A stretch of 64,000 bases of DNA from a virus, in IMG/VR virus record IMGVR_UViG_3300007539_000013, positions 15,742 through 79,741 of that record; one strand, 5' to 3'. How positions within the stretch are numbered: position 1 is the stretch's first letter; every line of letters begins with the position of its first letter. Position numbers and translations under genes: made by a program. Shown piece by piece: positions 28,533 through 38,859 of the stretch. Below the pieces are notes generated by a model, which was not told the DNA's origin, made no database searches, and saw only the letters and a list, made by a program, of their open reading frames with translations.

Positions 28533-30455
28533 TTAAGTGGTGATGTACTTAGACCAGTTAGTCCTACCAAGATTTGCGTCGAAATTTTCAACGATCAAGT
28601 GGCGGGCAGGTACATCCATCATGGTTGTCCACTTGGTGGAACGGAGCGAGTACTCAGTTTCCTTGTGGGCCATACGACATTTGTATGATTCCATGACTTC
28701 GGGTTTTGGCCATTTGCGGGTAACGCTATTGGTTCCAGCGATACCAATTTTTACATCAGACCAATCAATGAACCACATCGCACGATTAACTTTCGTGTAT
28801 GTATCCATAGATGATCCTTCATAACCACCGCCGGCTCCATCGTTATCGAGTAGGACATTTGTTCCGGAACGCTTTCCATCAACGCCTACGATTTCGCCGC
28901 CTTTTGAAGCGTTGGAATCAGATCCATCGCCAAGGAAGAAGTTTGATTGGTGGTTAAGGATGTCATCAAAGTATGGGTCATGAAATACCGCAAACTGACA
29001 ACCAACCTCAGGAAGATCAAACATCGAGTAGTTAAATAACAAGATGCCATTATGGGTAATCTGCTGATTGATTTGAGCGTGACGATCTAACCCCCATCCA
29101 TAGCGTTGCTTGTAGTATTGATTAAATACCTCAAACAATTTGTTGTAGGTAAACCGGTCGGTCATACAATCAACAACGCTAACAGTAGAACCATCTTGCT
29201 CGCGGTTGCGTTTAAGATAGTAAATGTCGGCTTGAAGATCCTCAACGGTGTAAACTCCACCACCCTTACTTACTACACGATTAGACTCAGCCAAGAGTGC
29301 TTTAATACCAAGAGCATTAGATTTATACTCAAGCGTGCATGTAGGGTCTTCTGGGTCGGTAACCGCAGGAAGCTGCATGTAGGTTTCTGGAGTTTGCTTG
29401 TTACTAATTGGTTGATTGAACCAAGTGGAACGTAACCATTGATCCTGACTTGCTTGTGCAGCAATTTTGTTTTGCTCGGCAAGTGGTTGATAAACCATGG
29501 ACTTAAGATATGGATTCACATCTCCGTTCATGATTTTGGACAATGTTTCTTTGTAAGCCTGGTCAACAGCCCGGGACTCACGAGTGGTTTGCAACCAATT
29601 AACTACAAGCTTTACGCTCAAGTCGGTTGGTTGGTTGTTACACCAGTCCTCAAAGTCATTAACATTATTTGCAATGGTCTGAACGGTTCCGTACTCAGGC
29701 TTATACTGTGCAGATAAAGCAGCTTGCTCAATCTCAGCAGCGGTTCCACTAGGATTGCCATCCCACGCAGTTTGACTTGCATAGCTAGGTGCAATGTTTT
29801 TACCAATAGGACGAAGGACAACCTCTGCTTCAGCAAATGAAGAATTTGCAACATTAGCAGCAGAAATAATTTGGAACTGAACTTCGATTGGCTCCTTGGT
29901 GGCAGTATCCCACCAATTAACAATTACAAATCCACCAGTAAGGAAGTAACGCTCGATATGATCGATTGGGGATGCCCAGTCAGATGCACCAAGGTTTACT
30001 TTTACCTTCCAGTCACCGAATCCACCTGCGGATGGAGCAGCCTCTCCGGTTGAAATAGCGAAGTATCCACTATTAATAACAGAGCGCTGACGGCGTTGAA
30101 TGTAAGGGAGAATAATTGATTGCTCAGCAACATTAACTTTATTGATCAAAGGCTTAATGTTCGTGATCGAACTATTAAGTAGATCAACGAGTCCTCGTTG
30201 ACGAACACCAAGCATGCTTGCTTCTGCTGAATTCGCGATTACGCGAGCGAGGTCAATTTCCTTATTGGAAAGTGCCTCAAATTCACCAGGGGTCAAGCCC
30301 TTGATGGATGCGTTAGTAAGAGTACAACCAGTGGAATCATCTACCTTGATGATCCGACCAAACCCTGCATCCTTAACAAGGTTTGAGCTACTAATTGCAG
30401 TCCCTGGCTCAGTTGTTACGCCGGGTACAGGAGTGTTTGGATCGTTTATAGCCAT
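28533..30455 (-). CDS. Probable major capsid protein
   Basis: Follows portal and scaffold, has its own motif copy upstream and a terminator downstream. Called from synteny, not from a recognised motif. Confidence 0.65.
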   Translation of the reverse strand: MAINDPNTPVPGVTTEPGTAISSSNLVKDAGFGRIIKVDDSTGCTLTNASIKGLTPGEFEALSNKEIDLARVIANSAEASMLGVRQRGLVDLLNSSITNIKPLINKVNVAEQSIILPYIQRRQRSVINSGYFAISTGEAAPSAGGFGDWKVKVNLGASDWASPIDHIERYFLTGGFVIVNWWDTATKEPIEVQFQIISAANVANSSFAEAEVVLRPIGKNIAPSYASQTAWDGNPSGTAAEIEQAALSAQYKPEYGTVQTIANNVNDFEDWCNNQPTDLSVKLVVNWLQTTRESRAVDQAYKETLSKIMNGDVNPYLKSMVYQPLAEQNKIAAQASQDQWLRSTWFNQPISNKQTPETYMQLPAVTDPEDPTCTLEYKSNALGIKALLAESNRVVSKGGGVYTVEDLQADIYYLKRNREQDGSTVSVVDCMTDRFTYNKLFEVFNQYYKQRYGWGLDRHAQINQQITHNGILLFNYSMFDLPEVGCQFAVFHDPYFDDILNHQSNFFLGDGSDSNASKGGEIVGVDGKRSGTNVLLDNDGAGGGYEGSSMDTYTKVNRAMWFIDWSDVKIGIAGTNSVTRKWPKPEVMESYKCRMAHKETEYSLRSTKWTTMMDVPARHLIVENFDANLGRTNWSKYITT

Positions 30456-30471
30456 GTTATTATAATGTTAT

Positions 30472-30495
30472 TGTTACACACATCATCGTGTAACA
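30472..30495 (-). promoter_or_regulatory. 24-bp bipartite motif copy
   Basis: TGTTACACGATGATGTGTGTAACA (minus), 16 nt before ATG 30455. Confidence 0.7.
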
Positions 30496-30619
30496 CCCAT
30501 AATAACAGGTAATTGGCTAAAAAAGCGGAACTTGGGTAAATTTAGCTAATTTTTCTTTATTTTTAAATATTAGCTATTCGTGCATACAAATACCAAAATC
30601 AGATTTTGGCTTATTGTAC

Positions 30620-31996
30620 CTACATGCCTAATGCTTGTAATAGTGGATTGCTAGGTTGATTTACCTTTTGCTCAGTAGGTGCAGGCCGAGGAGAGGATGC
30701 AATACTTGGGGCCCTTGGCTTTACTGTTGGTTGTTGGACAGGCTGAGGGGCTGGTTGCGCCTGATTCATGTATATTGGAAGTATTTGCCTCTGTTTTTCA
30801 AGTGCCGAACTTATTGCCTCCTTACTTCTACTAGCAATAATAGCTACAAGATCATCATCCGTCCAAGTGTAGTATTCTGATCTTTTATCCTCAGGCAGTT
30901 GATAATATCTTTCCCTGCGCATAAAAATCTTTCCATCCCTTTGGGTCTGACCGCTATTAATGAAGTTTTCTTGCTCTTGGTTCACCCAATCCAAAAGAGC
31001 TTGGTGACTCTGGTTACTTGGATCGTACTGTACTGCACCGGATGTAATATCAATAAGGAGGGAGGATGAATTCAATGCCTGTGTTGCAACTGCATCTATT
31101 GCTGAAAACTCCATAGGTTTTGTTTTCTGCAACTCTTCTGCTCCATTTTCTTTTTCGAGTATATCCCTAAATTCTTGAGGAATAGCATCTTTTACTTTTT
31201 GGACGGCATCTGACTTCCTTTTCTCAACTACCGGGGCAAGATTAATTAACTCTTGCTGTCTGCGTACGCGCTCTATTTCTGGCTTTAATTTTTCCCTAGC
31301 CCGTGCCTCCGCTTTCTCGACTAAAATCTCCTGCTCTATTTTTCTGGCGTCTGCTGATGTAAATCTTGGCTTTTCCCTGGATATGAAAGCTTTATATTCC
31401 TCATCGTTAGAAAGATCGGCGTGTGGGTCGTCCTTTAGTCTTTGATTGATATAGTTTCTAGTTTTATTGATATACGACTTCCATTGAGTGTCTGCCCCTT
31501 TGTACTCAGGCATTTTCTCGGAAGCATATTTCGCTAACTCATACACTTCTTTTTCTTCAGGAAGTAATGAGTCTACAAATTCTTGATCTTCGTTTTTTTC
31601 AACAGGAGTTTCACTTAAAGCATTGCTTCGTAAATCTTCAGGAATATCGGGATCGATAACTTGTTTAATTTTTTTCTTTTTAGGCTCTGTTTTTTCCGGC
31701 TCAGGCTCACTAGATTTAGGCTCCTCCTCCTCCTTGGGTTCTTCCTTGGTTTCTTCTTTGGGCTCTTCAGGTTTCTCCTCTAAAGCCTCAGAAAGTGACC
31801 TAGGTGGACGACGAACCTCCTCCTCTTGCTTTTGCTCCTCCTCTTCTGCATGCTCCTCTTGCATTGCAATATCAAAGAGGGACTCATATATGGAGTTCTT
31901 CGGTTTTTGCTCTTGCTGTTCTGGCTCTGGAGTTGGCTCTGGGGTGGATTCCTCGGCTATTTCTGTTTGCTCTAGGGTTTCAGTTTCTTCGCTCAT
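30620..31996 (-). CDS. Probable capsid scaffolding protein
   Basis: E/K/P-rich disordered N-terminus, coiled coils, Pro-rich C-terminus; lies between portal and capsid. Confidence 0.65.
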   Translation of the reverse strand: MSEETETLEQTEIAEESTPEPTPEPEQQEQKPKNSIYESLFDIAMQEEHAEEEEQKQEEEVRRPPRSLSEALEEKPEEPKEETKEEPKEEEEPKSSEPEPEKTEPKKKKIKQVIDPDIPEDLRSNALSETPVEKNEDQEFVDSLLPEEKEVYELAKYASEKMPEYKGADTQWKSYINKTRNYINQRLKDDPHADLSNDEEYKAFISREKPRFTSADARKIEQEILVEKAEARAREKLKPEIERVRRQQELINLAPVVEKRKSDAVQKVKDAIPQEFRDILEKENGAEELQKTKPMEFSAIDAVATQALNSSSLLIDITSGAVQYDPSNQSHQALLDWVNQEQENFINSGQTQRDGKIFMRRERYYQLPEDKRSEYYTWTDDDLVAIIASRSKEAISSALEKQRQILPIYMNQAQPAPQPVQQPTVKPRAPSIASSPRPAPTEQKVNQPSNPLLQALGM

Positions 31997-34272
31997 ACCT
32001 GTACTTGTTGATCGGGACTAACTTGTGGTTGTTGTTCGGGTTCCATGGGTGGCGCACCTGGGGTAGGTTCTGCCATAGGCTCAGCTTGAGGAGCCGCTGA
32101 CTGTGCCACCTGCATTAGTTGTTGTATCGTTTGAACAACCTGAGGCCATTGGGTCTTAAGCTGTTCGATAAATTGATGATTCTCGATACCCATATCCTCG
32201 TCTTTCTCATCAGACTCATCGAGTTCTAATTTAAGATCGTGGGCACCACTCATCCTAAATATTTCATTAGCCATAGTGAAGAGGCGCTCTTTACCTAAGG
32301 CTGCCGCTACCGGTTCTACTTGCAAGATGCCTTGTAGTAACTGACTTAATACTTGTGCGGATTGAGTATCCCTAGAGCGCTCAGCTCCATCGCGAGTGGT
32401 AAATAAATACTCATGTATTAGTGTGTCTGGTGTACCTATAATATTTCTACGTATCGCCTTTAATGGTTCGCTATCATCCTCAAGCTCAAAGCCAGCTTCC
32501 TGTATAGATTTTACGCTGTATCTATTTTTCGCAGGAATTACAAACTTCTCGGTAGAGCAGGACACTAAATGCTCGTAAATTACCTTTTTTGCCGCAGCGC
32601 GCATGTCATCAATTCCCTCAGATATAAAAGAGTATATGGCATTGGTTGAATTCGTAATCTCAGCTACCTCCGTAGCGCTAATCTCACGCGGAGCGGGCTG
32701 ACCCAGCTCTTGTGGAGACAGGATCAGCAAGCGCTCTACGAGATTAAGCAACTGGAGGATTGCTTGGATTGACTGGTTTATGCCAGCTGACAATTCTTTC
32801 TGTGCGTCAACAACAGTAATAAAGTTCTTATTATCTATACCAAGGTCGGCTGCTTTTTGACCCGAGTAAAACAATGCTTTTGGCTTCGAATAGAAGGTAT
32901 CTTCAGAAAGCCCGTCCTTAATGTAATCTTTTACATCATCATCCAGGGCATCTTGGTCGATACAGAAGATTTTCATCATGCTTATCTTCATGTCGTGTAG
33001 CATTTTTGACATGATGTTATTAAGCTGATCCTGAAAGGGCATGATCTCATGAGCTACAGATATATTTGCTATGCGATCATCATTCTCGTTAATACCTCCA
33101 TATATAGCAGGTAATGAAGGTAAGAACTCTGCGTATATTACGGTGTCATCACTTGCTACGGTTAGTTTCAACCATACATCGTGCGGATAATCACCAATCC
33201 CCTCATTCATTGGGTTTATCCTCATGTACATTTGGGAAACAAACATTCCCTTATCGTCGTCCTCGGATGAATAGATTCCCGTTTGGGCAGTTCTTTCGTT
33301 CCTAAATGGATATGGATCCTGAACCCTTGGAAAGCTTATTTCCCCGGAACTAAAATAATAACTAAAGAAATCAGAGTTAGCATTATACAGACCGCTCAAT
33401 GTATTGGTGTAGCTTACCTCATCAATATTCCATGTATCTGTATTATTACTAATATCTCCATACCTAATAATATCCCAAAACCCTATCCACTCAGGGCCAT
33501 CATTGGTGTTTAGATCGTGAAGAGGTCGAGAGTGGTCGCGCATTACCCTCGTTGGGTGAGGTGTTCTAAATTTAACGCCAGACTTAATGCTTTTAGATTT
33601 CATTACAGACTCGCCTGAAATATCGTCTGTTTCCTCAATCCATTGGACATCTTCTGTCCATGCAGTATCTACAAATGCAACGGAATGCCCGTACATAAAC
33701 ATTTGCCTTATAATCTGCTCCCATAGATGCCTGTAGCCAAATTGGTCGGTCATTACCTCAACCCTTTGGGATAATACATCAGCTCTTACTTTATCGGACA
33801 CCGATGTACTTCTTGGCTCATACTTAAAATAAGGAAATAAATTTGAGAACCTACTTACCTGAGCCGCAACTCTTCTGGTTACATAAGACCTTATGAGATT
33901 AACCTGAACCTCGTAGAGTCTTAACATGTTAATTGATTTTAGCTCACCTTCATCTCCGTACTCACAGAACTTCTCCGCAACATCAAGGTCATTAAGCTTA
34001 GACTCACACTCCTCTATGTTAATTTTACCTTGGGCATATTGTAACAAAGGTATAGTGCTCTTATTTATAGGGAGTGAGTCCCACGCTATATCTACAGATT
34101 GAAATAACTTTGCATTCTTAGCATTATGAGTAATGCCTTCGTGTATGCGGCTTTGCACCAAGTCCTCAAATCTTTCGCGAATTTCCTTATCTTCTCCATC
34201 GGTCGCAGTAAAAATTTCACGCAGTCTAGCTTGCGTACATCCGTATTTCTCGAGAATGCCTAAATTTATCAT
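31993..34272 (-). CDS. Probable portal protein
   Basis: 759 aa; MFMYGHSVAFV, IMPFQDQLNNIMS, EISATEVAE and a Q/P-rich tail, as in P22/T7-type portals. Confidence 0.8.
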   Translation of the reverse strand: MINLGILEKYGCTQARLREIFTATDGEDKEIRERFEDLVQSRIHEGITHNAKNAKLFQSVDIAWDSLPINKSTIPLLQYAQGKINIEECESKLNDLDVAEKFCEYGDEGELKSINMLRLYEVQVNLIRSYVTRRVAAQVSRFSNLFPYFKYEPRSTSVSDKVRADVLSQRVEVMTDQFGYRHLWEQIIRQMFMYGHSVAFVDTAWTEDVQWIEETDDISGESVMKSKSIKSGVKFRTPHPTRVMRDHSRPLHDLNTNDGPEWIGFWDIIRYGDISNNTDTWNIDEVSYTNTLSGLYNANSDFFSYYFSSGEISFPRVQDPYPFRNERTAQTGIYSSEDDDKGMFVSQMYMRINPMNEGIGDYPHDVWLKLTVASDDTVIYAEFLPSLPAIYGGINENDDRIANISVAHEIMPFQDQLNNIMSKMLHDMKISMMKIFCIDQDALDDDVKDYIKDGLSEDTFYSKPKALFYSGQKAADLGIDNKNFITVVDAQKELSAGINQSIQAILQLLNLVERLLILSPQELGQPAPREISATEVAEITNSTNAIYSFISEGIDDMRAAAKKVIYEHLVSCSTEKFVIPAKNRYSVKSIQEAGFELEDDSEPLKAIRRNIIGTPDTLIHEYLFTTRDGAERSRDTQSAQVLSQLLQGILQVEPVAAALGKERLFTMANEIFRMSGAHDLKLELDESDEKDEDMGIENHQFIEQLKTQWPQVVQTIQQLMQVAQSAAPQAEPMAEPTPGAPPMEPEQQPQVSPDQQVQV

Positions 34273-34586
34273 GACATAAAATCAAATATGTTATCTATGG
34301 TATCTGGAGCGAACTTACGCATATATGTAGATTCAAGTAGTGTTAGTATTATGCAAATAGGCAAAGGCACTTTCTTTCCTTCATCAACTCTACACAACTT
34401 ACCTCCAACTAACGCCTCCAGCTCTGCTCTTGTTACATAAAGATACCGACATAGTCGCTCTACCCGCCTCTTGTCCCATCTTTCCTGTATTTCTAAGCGT
34501 GCGTATCTTGTTTTAATAAGAAGCTCAGCAGTTGTACTACTCTTCGGCTTCTTCTTCGCTTTCGTCTTCGTCTTCGTCTTCGTCAT
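34269..34586 (-). CDS. Hypothetical protein, possible HTH
   Basis: 105 aa, basic N-terminus, ATGA overlap with portal. Confidence 0.55.
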   Translation of the reverse strand: MTKTKTKTKAKKKPKSSTTAELLIKTRYARLEIQERWDKRRVERLCRYLYVTRAELEALVGGKLCRVDEGKKVPLPICIILTLLESTYMRKFAPDTIDNIFDFMS

Positions 34587-34764
34587 CAGTTTGTGCAGTC
34601 ACTGATATTAAACTTACCAATGGTGCGGATAATCTGCTTTCTGAAAGTTGGGACACCCTGAACTCAGCAGTTATTTTAACGACATCCCCAGCTTCAACGC
34701 CTTCAAAATCCTCAAGTAACTCTTCGTTGTTTTTTAAATCTATACTTAAAATGCTTTCTGCCAT
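34537..34764 (-). CDS. Small acidic hypothetical protein
   Basis: 75 aa with D/E tail; motif copy directly upstream. Confidence 0.6.
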   Translation of the reverse strand: MAESILSIDLKNNEELLEDFEGVEAGDVVKITAEFRVSQLSESRLSAPLVSLISVTAQTDDEDEDEDESEEEAEE

Positions 34765-34767
34765 AAC

Positions 34768-34825
34768 TGTAACCTAATTTATATTGTAACACCCTACAAG
34801 CTGTAACTTAGGATTTATTGTAACT
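34768..34825 (-). promoter_or_regulatory. Two tandem degenerate copies of the 24-bp bipartite motif
   Basis: Plus strand TGTAACCTAATTTATATTGTAACA (34768) and TGTAACTTAGGATTTATTGTAACT (34802). Confidence 0.65.
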
Positions 34826-34829
34826 AAAA

Positions 34830-36371
34830 TCAAGTTCCGATTTCTACTATCTGGCTTGATGTTGAATCCGTGGTTATCACATGCTTGCTGTGATAAAATA
34901 TAATTGGGTATGTAAGTGCATCAAAGCCATGAATATAGACTGAACGCTTTGGCTTGAATGCGATATTTGGATCATAATGCTTGCCTGGTTTTTCGGATAC
35001 CAGATTTCTAAACATCTTTAAGATATTAGTGCATTGAGACGACACGAGAATTTCTTCCCCCTGGAGGCATGCAATCATTAACCTGACCCTTGCCTCGACT
35101 GATCCACTAAATTTTGGTGCCGCACGCATTCGTATTGGACTTAACTTAAAGGTATCGGCTTTTGATTTTGATATTTCCTCTATATCCCGGACATCATAAG
35201 AGCCCGTCTTTGCCCTAAATTGATTAAATGCGGAGTTATCTGATATATGGATAAATGTAAAATCATGGCTACATATTCGATTCCAATAAGCCATCTTCCT
35301 CATAACTAATGGAATCATTGTGGTGTATGGTAGTTTTTTGTTTATGACCACCATTTCATCAAACACCACCCATAGATTCTTATCTGCACCAGGTAAGTTT
35401 TGCATGAAGATTATAGCATTATTGACAGAACCTGGATCCCATCCGCATATTATCGGATATTTTGTGTTTGGTATTATCCCTGTCTTTGCATCTCCTCTTA
35501 CATGTAATGTTTTATTAAAGTAAGGGCCGAAAATTGCATCTCCCGCAGGGCGATCAATCCACTCCCCTCTCACCATCCTAGCTTCCTCTACAGGGTCGCT
35601 TTTAACGGCTTCTAGGATTCGGTCATAATAGCCAAGTGGCAAATTATCTACATTTTCTTTAATTGGAACATGGTAGGTCGAGTAGTCGTTGTTCCAGTTG
35701 CCGTCAGCATCATAGGGTTCTTCAAAAAACCTTTTATAAACCCAATGAGATGGCCCATCGGGATTGCAAGCTGCTAAATATTGTTGTGGCCCATGAATTC
35801 CTTGGCGCCTACCTAACTGCTGAACTACAGCATTAAAATAATCAGATGTATCCAAATTGGTAAGCTCATCCACAAACACAAGGCTAGGCTCAAAACCTTT
35901 TATCCTGTCCTTAATAAAAGCACCATAAGGAACAGATATAAGTACTACCCGAGAATGACCTCCGTATCTATTTTCTATATCTATGTATAAGTTCTTCTGC
36001 GTATCTTGTCGCTCATCCGTATGTACCAATCCTATTCCCTCTACCCACTCGGGTAGTATTTCTACCTGTAGTTTATGCCAGACACCACCAAGGGTAGCTT
36101 GTGATCTAACGCCAACTATAATTAATGCGAGTGCATTAAAATTTTCATAGCAGTGACGAACGAGCTTATGGCCACCGAGTGAAAAAGTCTTTCCGGAACC
36201 CCGTTCACCATAAGCAAGTATATACTTTGCAGGATCATCAAATATACGTTGCTGAGTAGGACTGAGCGAAGGAGACCAGTTAGAAACCTCTGCTTCTTCG
36301 CCATTTTCATCATCTATTGCTTGGGCTAATCGCTCAGCTAGTACCTTGTCCTTCAGCTTCTTCGTCGACAT
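34830..36371 (-). CDS. terL: Terminase large subunit
   Basis: Walker A GERGSGKT, Walker B VFVDE, CNPDGPSHWV, nuclease CGWDPG and HGFDALTY. Confidence 0.95.
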   Translation of the reverse strand: MSTKKLKDKVLAERLAQAIDDENGEEAEVSNWSPSLSPTQQRIFDDPAKYILAYGERGSGKTFSLGGHKLVRHCYENFNALALIIVGVRSQATLGGVWHKLQVEILPEWVEGIGLVHTDERQDTQKNLYIDIENRYGGHSRVVLISVPYGAFIKDRIKGFEPSLVFVDELTNLDTSDYFNAVVQQLGRRQGIHGPQQYLAACNPDGPSHWVYKRFFEEPYDADGNWNNDYSTYHVPIKENVDNLPLGYYDRILEAVKSDPVEEARMVRGEWIDRPAGDAIFGPYFNKTLHVRGDAKTGIIPNTKYPIICGWDPGSVNNAIIFMQNLPGADKNLWVVFDEMVVINKKLPYTTMIPLVMRKMAYWNRICSHDFTFIHISDNSAFNQFRAKTGSYDVRDIEEISKSKADTFKLSPIRMRAAPKFSGSVEARVRLMIACLQGEEILVSSQCTNILKMFRNLVSEKPGKHYDPNIAFKPKRSVYIHGFDALTYPIIFYHSKHVITTDSTSSQIVEIGT

Positions 36372-37014
36372 CTTTCAACTCCCTTAATGGCCTAAAGCCA
36401 GGTTTTTTCTTTGTTTCCGTCTTAGACTTTTGATCATACAACTTAAGCTGGAATTCTAGTCCTTTCAGTAATCTGTCATGAAACTTCCCCTGCTGCTCGC
36501 ACGCCTGTATAAGAAGCCTGGTCTTTAATGCTTTTTCCTCAGGATCCATAAGTGGATCCTCTAGTTCCTCCCTTAATTTTTCACCCACCTCAAATAAGGC
36601 AATGTTTTGCCTCATATTTAATTTTTGAGTAACATTAAGAGCATGGGACATAAACATCCCAATGGAATCATCAAAGTTTTTAAATACCTCTAGCTTTTCA
36701 GCATTTTCGGGATTAACCAGCATTGACTTGATGTCATTCTCAAAGACATCCCTGCCATTTTTCTCAAGGTTTTCTACCATTCGCTGGTTTTTTTCATCAT
36801 TACTTTCTCGAGCAATAACATCAATCTCATCAGGAATATCCTCACTTCTTCCATTCTCGACCCAAACGGCCCGCAGTTTCGGGTCTTTTAGCACCCTATC
36901 CCTAACATAGTTCTTTCTTACGTTTAAATGCTGAGCTGTTTTAGTGTAGTCACCATCATACTGCTTAAGAACAGCACCCAGTAACTCTGTATCAATCTTT
37001 ACTGCTTTGGGCAT
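36334..37014 (-). CDS. Probable terminase small subunit
   Basis: N-terminal HTH-like GDYTKTAQHLNVRKNYVRDRV; immediately upstream of terL. Confidence 0.6.
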   Translation of the reverse strand: MPKAVKIDTELLGAVLKQYDGDYTKTAQHLNVRKNYVRDRVLKDPKLRAVWVENGRSEDIPDEIDVIARESNDEKNQRMVENLEKNGRDVFENDIKSMLVNPENAEKLEVFKNFDDSIGMFMSHALNVTQKLNMRQNIALFEVGEKLREELEDPLMDPEEKALKTRLLIQACEQQGKFHDRLLKGLEFQLKLYDQKSKTETKKKPGFRPLRELKDVDEEAEGQGTS

Positions 37015-37387
37015 TTCCTAAGATTCTAATTAAAGGAAGAAACGAGGTTTTCCAGTGGGGTGACGATTTAAGGTAACTAAACTTAGCACCCTTCCTTGAG
37101 TATGCGCGCATGCGGTTGCGATCTTGCCAGTCGAAAGGGTCAAAGTTGCAACCAAAGCAAAACCTCATGATCTCGCCCACGGGAATAGTATCCCACGAGG
37201 AAGTTCTACTAATCTCAAGAACCCTAGCTAAGGGAAACTCACCTTTGATGGCTACCTCTTGATCTGATAACGCTCGGACATGCTTGCTTCCGATTTTTTC
37301 ACGGGCAAGCAATCTAACTAATGGTGGTGGGTATTCGCTAAGAATTCCCCACGGGGTTCTTTTTTTTCCATTCTTTAACTGCATCAT
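36992..37387 (-). CDS. Hypothetical protein
   Basis: Start placed at an internal ATG to limit overlap; YPPPLVRLLAR core. Confidence 0.55.
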   Translation of the reverse strand: MMQLKNGKKRTPWGILSEYPPPLVRLLAREKIGSKHVRALSDQEVAIKGEFPLARVLEISRTSSWDTIPVGEIMRFCFGCNFDPFDWQDRNRMRAYSRKGAKFSYLKSSPHWKTSFLPLIRILGNAQSSKD

Positions 37388-37562
37388 AAGCTCCTTGTAA
37401 TTTATTCCAGCCATGATGCTTCGATCCCATAAGAACTCTACTGCCGCATCCTGGTCGGATTCCGACAATAAACCATTCATCCAAGAACTCCTCAACCTTT
37501 GGTCTTATGGCTTCATAACACTCAAAGGTTTCGTTTTGTATTTGTTTTTCTTTATCCTCCAT
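37338..37562 (-). CDS. Hypothetical protein, first gene of the leftward late block
   Basis: ATG at 37562; protein-like composition. Confidence 0.5.
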   Translation of the reverse strand: MEDKEKQIQNETFECYEAIRPKVEEFLDEWFIVGIRPGCGSRVLMGSKHHGWNKLQGAYDAVKEWKKKNPVGNS

Positions 37563-37601
37563 CCCAAAAGCAAAAACCAAAAAACCAATAAGGTCAAGCT
37601 A

Positions 37602-37625
37602 GCTTACACGAAATTTTATGTAACA
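37602..37625 (+). promoter_or_regulatory. 24-bp bipartite motif copy between integrase and late block
   Basis: GCTTACACGAAATTTTATGTAACA; a minus-strand TTGACC lies at 37593-37598. Confidence 0.6.
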
Positions 37626-37665
37626 TTTCTCGTGCCAAGTGTATGTATCCATTAAGGTATAGGAT

Positions 37666-38670
37666 CTATTGGATACTAAAGTATTGATCGGCCATTTCCT
37701 TATCTACCCTGTTGTTTTTATAGTTCTTAAGAAAAGTCTCGGAAGACATATGGCCCATGGTATCTAATGCCCACTCAAATGATTTCCAGTAGCCATAACT
37801 ACCAAATGAGTGCCTGGCACCATTAGCTGGGTAATTAAACCCTACCCTACGGGACGCCCACCTTCGCGCCAAGTTAAGTGCGTTGTAGGACGGCATAACT
37901 AAACCTTTAGACTTTGGTACCCAAGACCACAAATTCTCGGGTGGCTTGATCCATCGCTCCCTCCCCGTCTTAGTATGCTCAGCCTTTAGTCCTATAGATT
38001 TGCCCCATCGGATGTCTGAATATTTCAAGGTTGCCATTTCCACCTCGGGTCTAATTCCCGTGAATAACATAATCGCTAGTCCAGGTTTATACTTTTCGTC
38101 TATTTCATCTAAAAGTGCCTTAGCTTCATCAACCTGTAAAATACCGGGCAACTTAAAAAAAACTTTTTTTGTGTTCATTTTTAGGTCTGGATTAGTTTGC
38201 ATATACCAATCTGATGCATTTTGCCCGTAACCCTTTTTCGCACACCATGCCATGAAGATACGAACAGCCCGTCCATATTCTTTTTTAGTTTTCTCCGACC
38301 AGTCCCCTGAGTTCACATACTTCTTGTACGACTCCACGGTTACATCTGATACTAACCTACCTCCACCAAACCATGTTAGGAATTTATTAACCCGCTCCTC
38401 TGTTGTGCGATAGCCTTTTTGTTTTGGTTTGGCTGGATTATAATTATTCTCAAAGTACTCCGTCAAATACTCGCTGCTTGCTACATTGAGTAATGTCTGA
38501 TCTCCAACAGGTTCTTTTTTAGCGACCTCACCTAGCCAACTAACCACATCAAACGCTTTGGCTTCCATGGCTGAATTAAAATACTTTCTTCTTCGCTTCC
38601 CGTCCCTATGAACTGAAAGTATCCACTTTTGTTTTCCTCTAACCTCTCCTTTATAAATATTGATGTTCAT
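37666..38670 (-). CDS. int: Tyrosine recombinase / integrase
   Basis: TGIRP (R), KTGRER (K), ARHSF (R), MGH, NY (Y); N-terminal arm-binding-like GKRRRKYF; next to a tRNA fragment. Confidence 0.93.
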   Translation of the reverse strand: MNINIYKGEVRGKQKWILSVHRDGKRRRKYFNSAMEAKAFDVVSWLGEVAKKEPVGDQTLLNVASSEYLTEYFENNYNPAKPKQKGYRTTEERVNKFLTWFGGGRLVSDVTVESYKKYVNSGDWSEKTKKEYGRAVRIFMAWCAKKGYGQNASDWYMQTNPDLKMNTKKVFFKLPGILQVDEAKALLDEIDEKYKPGLAIMLFTGIRPEVEMATLKYSDIRWGKSIGLKAEHTKTGRERWIKPPENLWSWVPKSKGLVMPSYNALNLARRWASRRVGFNYPANGARHSFGSYGYWKSFEWALDTMGHMSSETFLKNYKNNRVDKEMADQYFSIQ

Positions 38671-38671
38671 G

Positions 38672-38691
38672 TGTCGCCACTTTTGTCGCCA
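38672..38691. other. Putative integrase arm-type sites (left pair)
   Basis: TGTCGCCA at 38672 and 38684. Confidence 0.65.
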
Positions 38692-38798
38692 GTAAATGTG
38701 TAAATTCGTGGTTATTTATGAAACTTAGTGAAGTAAACAAAAAAACACCCCCCATTACTGAGAGGTGCTTATATAGTGAGATTGTGGCTTATTTAAAG

Positions 38799-38848
38799 TG
38801 GCACACCCGGCAGGAGTCGAACCTGCAACCTCCTGATCCGTAGTCAGG
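38799..38848 (-). other. attP core: 3' half of tRNA-Arg(ACG), not a complete tRNA
   Basis: CCTGA-CTACGGA-TCAGG anticodon arm, GCAGG-TTCGACT-CCTGC T arm, CGGGTGT-G-CCA end. No D arm or 5' acceptor strand upstream. Confidence 0.88.
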
Positions 38849-38859
38849 GCATGATCCTC

